DNA of 21,393 nucleotides from the NCBI GenBank assembly GCA_029856125.1, contig JAHQWJ010000119.1, positions 1-21,393 of the forward strand. Direction: 5' to 3'. Below the pieces are notes generated by a model. The model was given only the letters and a program-made list of their open reading frames with translations, ran no database searches and was not told the DNA's origin. This document shows, in pieces, positions 1 through 7,820 of the stretch. The number at the start of each line of letters is the position of its first letter. The first letter of the stretch is position 1. The translations under genes were made by a program, and so were the position numbers. The DNA comes from Promethearchaeia archaeon. GTDB taxonomy: Archaea > Asgardarchaeota > Lokiarchaeia > Sigyniarchaeales > SOKP01.

Positions 1-2
1 GT

Positions 3-125
3 TTAAAAAGGTTTAAAATTACTCGAATCGTTTTAGACAAAAGTTGTTATAATGATTCCATTAGCTTATTTAAATCCTATTTGCGAAACAGCGCCATTTG
101 TTTACTAATAGATATTTATCACTGA
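3..125 (+). CDS. Possible 3' end of an upstream gene (partial, unknown product)
   Basis: Frame 3 is open from the window edge to TGA at 123-125 (LKRFKITRIVLDKSCYNDSISLFKSYLRNSAICLLIDIYH) and converges on the GT2 stop. No recognisable motif. Confidence 0.25.
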   Translation, partial: LKRFKITRIVLDKSCYNDSISLFKSYLRNSAICLLIDIYH

Positions 126-991
126 CAAGGATTTTTAATTCTGTAGAGTATTTTAAGAATGGTATTAATCGAATGTTTCATAAAAGAAGTGTTGAATTTA
201 AGTTTGGACCTTTTAAAATAATAGATTGCTATACAGTTAAGAATTGATTTAAATATTTTTAGTAAATCAACATAAGATGTTCCATGCTCGCGTGGTCTGA
301 GGCTTATAGGAACTTCAAGAATTTTTAAATCATTGTGCGCACATTCAAATAAGAATTCAGTAGTAAATCCCATTCCGACATAAATGTTATCACTTAACAG
401 ATTTAAGATTTCTTTCCTAAAACAGCGATATCCGTTTTGGTTATTCCCTATTCTTTGGCGAAATAAAGTCAAAATGCAGATATTAACGCAATATTCTCCA
501 ATTCGGGTAAGAAGTGGAACTTTATAGTCACAATTACCTAAATATCTAGATCCAATCACTAAATCAGCTTTATTCTGAAGTATTGGTTCCATCATTTTCT
601 CGATTTCCTCAGGTTTGTGTTGACCATCGCTATCCAATGTAACAATGATATTTCCAGTTGCATTTTTGAATCCTGTTATCAAAGCGGCTCCATACCCAAG
701 ATTTTTCTGATGCTGCAATATTATTATATTATCTCTATTAATTTCTTTTACTTTAGAAACGCTGTTATCGGTTGAGCCATCATCCACGATAACAATTTCA
801 TACTTTCGGTGATTCGGGATTCTTTCTATAACATCCTTAATTGAGTTTTCTTCGTTATAAACAGGAATAATTACGGATATTAATGAATCAGAGTTGATTA
901 GCCGGGATATGTAAGAATCTGAATCCTCTAACTGACTTTCTTGACATTTTTCTTGGATAGTCTGATTTAGGGGGGCACTTCTCAGATTCAT
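119..991 (-). CDS. Glycosyltransferase family 2, DPM1-like (polyprenol/dolichol-phosphate sugar synthase type)
   Basis: SVIIPVYNEE, IVDDGSTD, NLGYGAAL, DSDGQH (DxD), DLVIGSRY, GYRCF and EVPISLRPREHGTS are hallmark DPM/DPG-synthase-like GT2 motifs. About 35-aa N-terminal extension. Confidence 0.92.
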   Translation of the reverse strand: MNLRSAPLNQTIQEKCQESQLEDSDSYISRLINSDSLISVIIPVYNEENSIKDVIERIPNHRKYEIVIVDDGSTDNSVSKVKEINRDNIIILQHQKNLGYGAALITGFKNATGNIIVTLDSDGQHKPEEIEKMMEPILQNKADLVIGSRYLGNCDYKVPLLTRIGEYCVNICILTLFRQRIGNNQNGYRCFRKEILNLLSDNIYVGMGFTTEFLFECAHNDLKILEVPISLRPREHGTSYVDLLKIFKSILNCIAIYYFKRSKLKFNTSFMKHSINTILKILYRIKNPCQ

Positions 992-1320
992 ATTATTGTA
1001 CTCTTTTGTTATTTATATTTTAAATTCAGATTATAAATTCGTTATAATCAAATATAAACGTTTTGCCATTTGGGGTGATTATTTTATAATATCAAGCATA
1101 CACATTTAAATCTATCTTAATGGATATGGTTTTGTATGAGATTATAATAAAAAGCGTTATTAAACATTCTATTGGTTTTAATCAGTTATTACAAAAAAAT
1201 TCGTTGAGATAGATAAATAAACAAGTAACTTTTCTGATTGAACCGAAAAAATCTTGCTATTTCCTTACAGATATGATACTTATCAGATATCTTAACTAGC
1301 GATCTTTTAGGTAAATAGAT

Positions 1321-1328
1321 TTTTATAA
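1321..1328 (+). promoter_or_regulatory. Candidate archaeal TATA box
   Basis: TTTTATAA ends 22 nt before the ATG at 1351, with no Shine-Dalgarno in between, consistent with a leaderless archaeal transcript. Weak because the DNA is AT-rich. Confidence 0.35.
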
Positions 1329-1350
1329 CCAACTACATTATTTTCTTTTA

Positions 1351-3258
1351 ATGACAATCATCTTACATCTCCTAACCACATACGCAATCTTTTCATTATT
1401 TTTTATTCTTCTTGCATCATTAGGAGGTTTAATTCTGCATATATTTCAAAAATATAGAAAAAGTAAGTGGAATTTAACGCGATTGGAGTATTTTTTTATT
1501 TCGTTTATTATCGGCATTGTAACATATTTAGTTTTATCATACATTATTACATTTTTCCATATTTTCAATTTTTATACTATATATTTACCGCTAATAGCTT
1601 TATCTTTAATATATATACTAATTTTATATAGAGAAAGAAAATTTCATAACTTATGGATCTGGATAAAAGCATTTATCCGTACAAATTCAGGAGCTTTTTT
1701 TAAATATATTTTGATAATAGCAATAGCCTTCTTGATGCAATTACTAATGTTTTTACCTATAGTCATGGAAAATATCCAATTGTCATATGGGGATCCTTAC
1801 TTCTGGACAAAACAAGTATTATATCTTGAGAAATATAGTGTAACAAATTATAACGATATGGGCATAAGTTATCCTTGGGGGTTTGTTCTTTTTTGTGGAG
1901 GTAGTTTATTGATCTCACCGGATTTCGTTACTACTTTTTATTTTATGAAATTATCATTTTTCCCATTTTTAAACATTTATCTCATCGTTATATTTTCGCT
2001 CACAAAAAGGTTATTCAAAAAGAAATATTTAGTATTTTTCTGCCTATTTGCGGTTCTATCTAATATTTATTTTGTGTCTCGAACGATGGCGTTTCTTTCT
2101 TCCTCAATTGCGGATTTATTAATTTTAATCTCACTTTTAATTTATTTGACAAATGTTCCTAAATTCTTCATGGGATTTGTGGTATCAGGAACATTTCTAC
2201 TCAATCCAGTTTATTCAATTTATTTCGTAATGGCATTAATTTTATATTATTCAATAAAACTTTATAATTATCAAGGGAAAAAAAAAGTAGTAATTAAAGA
2301 ATTTTCAAGTATATTCCTTGTTTCAATAATGGGGTTGATTATTTATGGGTTGAGTGCTATTTTGATTTATCATTTTGATTTAATAATTTTTTACAACTTA
2401 TTTTTATCCTATTTTAGTATCCAATCGATCACAATTCCAGATGTCCCTATATATATTCAGGACTGGAACTTATTATATAACATTTTAGAGATACCTTATC
2501 TTATTGTATTTTTTGGCTTTCCAATTTTAGCAATTACCTCCAAATTCAAAAAAAGCAAAAACATTATGTTTAGAGATTTTATTTATTTTATAAAGGGAGC
2601 GGGGATATTGACTTATTTATTTATATTTATACTTCCATTAATTATACATTCACGTTTTTTTGATATATTTTACCCCAGAGTTCTTGAGATTTTTTTGCCA
2701 TGTCTGATCTTCCTCACAATTTTCTCATTAGAAACATTTGAATCAATTATTTCTAAATTATGGTTGAAATTGAAGTTCTTGCAAGTTAAAATCCGGAATT
2801 GGAAGAATAAAAATAGATTTGTTAATAAATATTTCAAGGTACCAATTCTGTCGAGCATTTTTTTTGGGATATTGTTAATTTTATCGAATTTTTATACCCA
2901 CGTTAATTTAAAAGTAGATTATAGATATGAGGATTCAATTATGGATTGTATTTTTTATATCCAGGATAATATTTCATCTAATTCTAATATTGGAGTAAAT
3001 AGATTTGGTGAAACTGATTTTTATCTATCGCATTCTCCCGCAGCATTATTATATATTTATGATTTGAGCTATTTTCCATCAGAAGATCATTTATCGTTTT
3101 CGGAGTTTACAAATTTTATTCAAATGAATGAAATCCACTATTTCATTATTAGATTATCATCTTATAATGTGAGTTTTAATGAGGATTTCTTAAACTTTTC
3201 TTTTACTTGGTTAGGTGGAGGAACAAATGCAATCAAGTTTCAGGTTTTCGGAACATAA
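1351..3258 (+). CDS. Polytopic membrane protein, probable GT-C-fold glycosyltransferase
   Basis: Many hydrophobic segments. External loop carries GDPYFW and YPWGF (GT-C-type acidic loop motif). Soluble C-terminal domain of about 115 aa (DCIFYIQDNISSNSNI...EIHYFII). No WWDYG motif. Confidence 0.6.
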   Translation: MTIILHLLTTYAIFSLFFILLASLGGLILHIFQKYRKSKWNLTRLEYFFISFIIGIVTYLVLSYIITFFHIFNFYTIYLPLIALSLIYILILYRERKFHNLWIWIKAFIRTNSGAFFKYILIIAIAFLMQLLMFLPIVMENIQLSYGDPYFWTKQVLYLEKYSVTNYNDMGISYPWGFVLFCGGSLLISPDFVTTFYFMKLSFFPFLNIYLIVIFSLTKRLFKKKYLVFFCLFAVLSNIYFVSRTMAFLSSSIADLLILISLLIYLTNVPKFFMGFVVSGTFLLNPVYSIYFVMALILYYSIKLYNYQGKKKVVIKEFSSIFLVSIMGLIIYGLSAILIYHFDLIIFYNLFLSYFSIQSITIPDVPIYIQDWNLLYNILEIPYLIVFFGFPILAITSKFKKSKNIMFRDFIYFIKGAGILTYLFIFILPLIIHSRFFDIFYPRVLEIFLPCLIFLTIFSLETFESIISKLWLKLKFLQVKIRNWKNKNRFVNKYFKVPILSSIFFGILLILSNFYTHVNLKVDYRYEDSIMDCIFYIQDNISSNSNIGVNRFGETDFYLSHSPAALLYIYDLSYFPSEDHLSFSEFTNFIQMNEIHYFIIRLSSYNVSFNEDFLNFSFTWLGGGTNAIKFQVFGT

Positions 3259-3403
3259 AAAATTTATGATGAAGCGCAAAATTTTAGAATTTTCAAAAAA
3301 AGAACATCTTTTTTGTATTAAATCATGACATATCAATAAATTTTAAGTAATTTTACCTTTTACATAATTAAAGATAAAGAGAAATTTTAAAGTAAAGCTA
3401 ATT

Positions 3404-3565
3404 ATGTCTGATGATATTCATTTTATTGCTGGGGCACGACCCAATTTCATGAAGATTGCTCCATTAATTCATGAGCTAAAAAATTATGATATTCAATTTA
3501 GGATAATTCACACAGGTCAGCATTATGATTATAATATGTCAAAGATCTTTTTTGATGAACTTTAA
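3404..3565 (+). pseudogene. wecB: Truncated UDP-N-acetylglucosamine 2-epimerase (N-terminal 53 aa only)
   Basis: Hand translation: MSDDIHFIAGARPNFMKIAPLIHELKNYDIQFRIIHTGQHYDYNMSKIFFDEL*. GARPNFMK and HTGQHYD are signature WecB motifs. No continuation seen downstream. Not in the ORF track. Confidence 0.92.
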
Positions 3566-3576
3566 AATTTATATCC

Positions 3577-3937
3577 TCACAAGGAAAGTACAGAACCATA
3601 AAGATGCCCCTTCAAAAGAAACAGAGAATTTGTCTTCTTTAGCATCGTATTTAAATTATTTAGATCTTGATCTGTTAATCTAAAAGTTGAAGTTTGAAAA
3701 TCTCTAAAAGTGGGGCAGTATAATATAACCCGATCATATTTATCTGAGATATTATTTTTTTTCTTTAAAGATTTGATAAATTCTTGATTAGTGTTGAAAA
3801 TTATGTCGTGTCTCAGGTAACCGAGGTTCAATATCTTATTTAATGAGACCTTGAAAGCAGAACATAAAATTTTATGTTCTAGATTGCCTTTAGTTGGAGT
3901 TTATATTGATTGGGATTCAATAAAAAATTGATCCATT
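3577..3937 (-). pseudogene. Internal fragment of a TagF/TagB-like CDP-glycerol glycerophosphotransferase paralogue
   Basis: Minus strand reads WINFLLNPNQY/(frameshift)/TPTKGNLEHKILCSAFKVSLNKILNLGYLRHDIIF...RVILYCPTFRD...LFLLKGHLY. This is collinear with WVRILKLKSYPNQY..TPARGKYEHEILTKAFRV..LDLGYPRND..YAPTFRD..KGHAY of the adjacent intact gene. Both ends are missing. Confidence 0.9.
3859..3880. repeat. Perfect 22-bp palindrome
   Basis: AGAACATAAAA|TTTTATGTTCT read directly from the sequence. Confidence 0.9.
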
Positions 3938-4014
3938 AAAATCTCCCGTTGAGTTATAAAGTGATAAAACATTCTTTAAATTTAATTGAAGAACTGAAAA
4001 TAGCTGAGAATGAT

Positions 4015-5241
4015 ATGAATCTTCAACTCGAAAGATATTATTTTTTGAAAACGAGCAAATTTTACAAGGTATTAAGAGATATAGTTATACCTTTTTGTTT
4101 TAAATTTATTTCTAAGGTTTTTCGAAGCAAAGTTGACGAGAACCTAATTATAATGGGTGCTTACAGTGGAAATTCATATATGGATAATACAAAATATTTA
4201 TTTGAATTTCTAAACAAACGGTCAAATTATAGGGTAGTATGGTTTACGAAATCGCGAGGGTTGCTTGTAGAACTCAGAAATAAAGGCTATAACGTAGTCT
4301 ATATGTTGAGTTTGGATGCAATAAAGCTTCTGAGAAAGGCGAGGTTTATATTTCTTACTCATGGTGTTTACGATGTATTACCTATAGATTTCTCTCCAAA
4401 AACTGAGATAATCATGACTTGGCACGGCACGGTGATTAAAGATATAACCGAAGATTTTGACGCTACTTATTCCTATAAAAAATGGGTTAGAATTCTTAAG
4501 TTAAAGTCTTACCCTAACCAATACATTGATTATGTTTTGACGCCTGCTAGAGGAAAATATGAGCATGAAATTTTAACTAAAGCATTCAGGGTGGATTCCA
4601 CTAAAATACTTGATTTGGGATATCCCAGAAATGACATATTGTTTGATTACAATATAGAATTCAAACAAAAACTAAGAAAGAAATATGGAATTCCCAAAAA
4701 TATTAAAAGAGTGATTTTATACGCCCCAACTTTTAGGGACGCTGGAAGTTTAAGATTTCCCTTTAAAGACAAAGATTTAGAGGATTTAAATACTCTTCTT
4801 AAAAAAAGTGATTCAATTTTTCTATTTAAAGGGCACGCTTACGAAAAGAAAATCAATTTTGGCGAACTTGAATACATCCATTTAGTAAAGAAACCATCAG
4901 AGATACAAGAGCTTTTAATAATCTCAGATTTACTTATTTCGGATTATTCATCGGTTACATTTGATTTTTTACTTACTATGAAACCAGTTATATTATTTCC
5001 CTATGACTTGGAAGTATACGAGAAAGGCAGAGGGCTTCATTATGATTTGAGGGAAATAGCTCCTGGACCAATTGTTTACGATGTAGAAACTCTTCTTGAA
5101 ACGCTTCAAAACATTGAAAAAGTAGAAGTTAAATATAAGAAGATTCGAGAGGAAATTAGTGCCAGGTTTAATAAGTACCACGATGGGAAATCTAGTGAAA
5201 GGCTTTTAACTTTTTTGAATATACCTTTTGATCGTCCATAG
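4015..5241 (+). CDS. CDP-glycerol/CDP-polyol phosphotransferase, TagF/TagB family
   Basis: DNTKYLFE, TWHGT (first catalytic His), GYPRND, ILYAPTFR, KGH (second His), ISDYSSV, DG..S motifs. ATG at 4015 preferred over the TTG at 3949 in the ORF track. Confidence 0.92.
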   Translation: MNLQLERYYFLKTSKFYKVLRDIVIPFCFKFISKVFRSKVDENLIIMGAYSGNSYMDNTKYLFEFLNKRSNYRVVWFTKSRGLLVELRNKGYNVVYMLSLDAIKLLRKARFIFLTHGVYDVLPIDFSPKTEIIMTWHGTVIKDITEDFDATYSYKKWVRILKLKSYPNQYIDYVLTPARGKYEHEILTKAFRVDSTKILDLGYPRNDILFDYNIEFKQKLRKKYGIPKNIKRVILYAPTFRDAGSLRFPFKDKDLEDLNTLLKKSDSIFLFKGHAYEKKINFGELEYIHLVKKPSEIQELLIISDLLISDYSSVTFDFLLTMKPVILFPYDLEVYEKGRGLHYDLREIAPGPIVYDVETLLETLQNIEKVEVKYKKIREEISARFNKYHDGKSSERLLTFLNIPFDRP

Positions 5242-5515
5242 GTAAAAAATATATCTCAAGATAGTATTGAATTATAATAAATTTCTTCTTACTCTCCAAA
5301 GAGTTTTAATAAAATTTTGAATAAGAGAGAGAAGACAATTAAAATTAGGGAAAAAATAATTGAAATACCTAATAAAGTAATGAAAATTTAACCTCCATAC
5401 CTAAATAAAAATTCATAGTATTCTGAATAACTAAAAAAACCTCTGAAAATCAAATTCCTAAATGTTTTTATAGGTAAATGCCTTTCTATAGTTAATTATC
5501 TTTTTAGTTAGTTAT

Positions 5516-6448
5516 ATGCCGAAACAAAAATATTCAAATCTTGAAGATATTAAGGAAATTTATCAGAGTGTAAAAAAAATCGGATATAAAAAAACATCTG
5601 AAAAATTTAACGAGCATATTTCACTTTTAGAACGAATTGTAACACGATATGAAGAAAACAAGGAAGTAAAAGAGATGAAAGTAATTATAATTGCAGCCGG
5701 GATGGGATCCCGATTAAAGGAAATGACAAAATATCTCCCAAAACCATTATTAGAAATCGAAGATGGTAAATCTATTATTGAACGAGAGATTGAAACACTT
5801 CGAGCAGTAGGCTTTGAAGACATTGTAATTGTCCGAGGATATCAGAAAGATAAATTTACACTTTCCAATATTAAATACTATGATAATGATGTGTACACAG
5901 AGAATAACATCTTAGAATCGCTTTTTTACGCAGAAGAGGCTATGGGAGAAGGGTTTATTTGTACCTATGCCGATAGTGTTTTCTCAAAAGATATTTTCCA
6001 AAGAGTATTGGATGCACCCTATGATATTTGTATCGGTGTAGAACCAAATTGGAAAAAGAGATATGAAAATCGTAATGATCATCCTACAGATGAAGCAGAA
6101 TTAGTAAAAATTAAGGCTGGTAAAATAATATCTCTGTCTAAATTCTGTAATCCTGAAGCGTATGATGGAGAATTTATTGGAGTTGCGAAGTTTACTAAAA
6201 AGGGAGCAGAAATCCTGCGAAGAAATTATCATCGAGCAAAAGAAAGCAAATCCTGTCGATTTGCAGAAGGTCAGCGATTTCACGATGCGGTTTCTATCCG
6301 GAAAGCCTATCTTACCGATATGTTTCAAGAACTCATTGATAGAGGATATCCTATACATGCTGTAATGGTAAATCATGGATGGGTTGAAATTGATACCCAA
6401 CAAGATTATGAATATGCCCAAGAATTAATTAGAGATGGAAAAATATAA
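5516..6448 (+). CDS. LicC/PntC-type (phosphocholine/phosphonate cytidylyltransferase family) nucleotidyltransferase with N-terminal HTH-like extension
   Basis: IIIAAGMGSRL...PKPLL, IVRGY, NNILESL, YAD, GEFIGVAKF, WVEIDTQQD motifs. Catalytic domain begins at MKVII (residue 54). Confidence 0.85.
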   Translation: MPKQKYSNLEDIKEIYQSVKKIGYKKTSEKFNEHISLLERIVTRYEENKEVKEMKVIIIAAGMGSRLKEMTKYLPKPLLEIEDGKSIIEREIETLRAVGFEDIVIVRGYQKDKFTLSNIKYYDNDVYTENNILESLFYAEEAMGEGFICTYADSVFSKDIFQRVLDAPYDICIGVEPNWKKRYENRNDHPTDEAELVKIKAGKIISLSKFCNPEAYDGEFIGVAKFTKKGAEILRRNYHRAKESKSCRFAEGQRFHDAVSIRKAYLTDMFQELIDRGYPIHAVMVNHGWVEIDTQQDYEYAQELIRDGKI

Positions 6449-6478
6449 CAAATCAATTTAATAAATGGTTGAAAAATT

Positions 6479-7768
6479 ATGGCTACTAATGAAAATGAAG
6501 TAAAGCAAAAATTAAAGTCATGGAGATTACGAATTTTCTTTACAGTGTGGATCACTTACATGATTTATTATATAGGGCGCGCTAACCTTTCTATTGCAAA
6601 ACCTCTTTTAATGACTGAATTGGGTATTACACCAGCAGTAATGGGGCTTATCGGAACAACTTTTTTTCTTGCGTATGCATCTGGACAATTTATCAACGGT
6701 TTCCTAGGTGATAAAGTTGGAGCTAGAAAATTTATTGCTATAGGTTTGATAGTTTCTTCAGTGATAAATTTATTTATGGGAGTTGCATTTGAATTTATCT
6801 GGCTAGCATTCCTTTTATGGGGATTAAATGGATACTTCCAATCAATGGGATGGGCTCCTTCTGTAAAAACAATAGCAAATTGGCATCCTCCAGAGGAAAG
6901 AGGGAAATGGTCTAGTAGACTTGCCACATCTTATTTACTCGGAGGTGTAGTATCGTGGCTTATAGCCATTCTGATAACTGAAACTTTCAGTTTAAATTGG
7001 AGATTTTCTTTTATTGTTCCCGGTATTATCATGTTTTTTATGGCGATTCATTTTTATCTGCGGGCTAGAAACGCTCCTGAAGAATGTGGGTTACCAACTA
7101 TAGAAGAAGAATGTGAAGGTAAAATTGAATTAGGAGAATGTCGAGATGATGAATTTCTAGGATTTAAATATACATTTGGAAAAGTAATTAAAACGAAAAC
7201 TGTTCTTTTTGCTGCATTTGGATTATTCTGTTTAAATATGGTTAGGTATGGTTTAACCGACTGGCTTCCATTAATAATAGTAACAGAAGGAGAATTTTTT
7301 CATATATGGAAATCCATATTCTATCCCATCGGAGGAGTTATTGGCGTTATTCTTGGAGCTTGGATATCTGATAAATTTGTTGGTAAAAAAAGAATGCCTG
7401 TAATTAGTGTTTTTTTCATATTACTATCGTTAACATTATTTGCGTATACATTACTACCCGCTCTAGATATGATCTTTGGGATTCCCGTATTGTTAGTAAT
7501 AGGAATATTGAACTTTGCCCCTCATGCACTTTTAGTTTCTACGATACCGATGGAATTCAGTACAAGAAAAGCAGCATCTGCCGCAACGGGATTTATTGAT
7601 GGATGTGGTTATATTGGTGCCGCAATTACATCTTTTACGTCAGGAGCTCTAATAGGTGCTGTAGGTTCTGGAGCCGCATTTTTACTCTGGATAGTTGTCG
7701 CATTTGTAGGTGGACTTGTTATGATTGCCGCGTGGAATGCACTTCCTGAGAAAGGAGAATATTTATAA
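6479..7768 (+). CDS. MFS transporter, organophosphate:Pi antiporter family (GlpT/UhpT/PgtP-like)
   Basis: YYIGRANLS (TM1 Arg), GFLGDKVGARK, NGYFQSMGW, ERG, PEECGLPTIEE loop, NMVRYG (TM7 Arg), GAWISDK, AASAATGFIDGCGYIG. About 12 TM segments. Confidence 0.9.
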   Translation: MATNENEVKQKLKSWRLRIFFTVWITYMIYYIGRANLSIAKPLLMTELGITPAVMGLIGTTFFLAYASGQFINGFLGDKVGARKFIAIGLIVSSVINLFMGVAFEFIWLAFLLWGLNGYFQSMGWAPSVKTIANWHPPEERGKWSSRLATSYLLGGVVSWLIAILITETFSLNWRFSFIVPGIIMFFMAIHFYLRARNAPEECGLPTIEEECEGKIELGECRDDEFLGFKYTFGKVIKTKTVLFAAFGLFCLNMVRYGLTDWLPLIIVTEGEFFHIWKSIFYPIGGVIGVILGAWISDKFVGKKRMPVISVFFILLSLTLFAYTLLPALDMIFGIPVLLVIGILNFAPHALLVSTIPMEFSTRKAASAATGFIDGCGYIGAAITSFTSGALIGAVGSGAAFLLWIVVAFVGGLVMIAAWNALPEKGEYL

Positions 7769-7796
7769 AAAATTGGATTTAACTTGAGAGAATATT

Positions 7797-7818
7797 TATT
7801 ATCTCTTTTTTTTATTTT
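7797..7818 (+). terminator. T-rich tract, candidate intrinsic terminator between convergent genes
   Basis: T8 run at 7806-7813 followed by ATTTT, about 40 nt after the transporter stop. No strong hairpin. Confidence 0.4.
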
Positions 7819-7820
7819 AA

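Noticed and set aside
1269-1292. Imperfect inverted repeat AGATATGATA-CT-TATCAGATATCT
   Set aside because: Needs a bulge and is AT-rich; not distinguishable from chance.
1351-3258. Calling the membrane protein AglB/STT3 oligosaccharyltransferase
   Set aside because: It has a DPY-like loop but lacks the diagnostic WWDYG motif.
3563-3600. Programmed frameshift or readthrough rescuing wecB
   Set aside because: No WecB-like continuation is seen after FFDEL; the downstream DNA is the antisense tagF-like fragment.
3577-3831. 84-aa ORF as a functional small protein
   Set aside because: Homology continues upstream of its TTG through a stop and frameshift; it is a pseudogene fragment.
3949-4014. 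TTG start for the TagF-like gene
   Set aside because: It abuts the pseudogene remnant, leaving no promoter space; ATG 4015 is more plausible, though unproven.
5516-6448. De novo phosphonate biosynthesis cluster
   Set aside because: No PEP mutase, phosphonopyruvate decarboxylase or aminotransferase in the window; a phosphonate substrate remains only one possibility.
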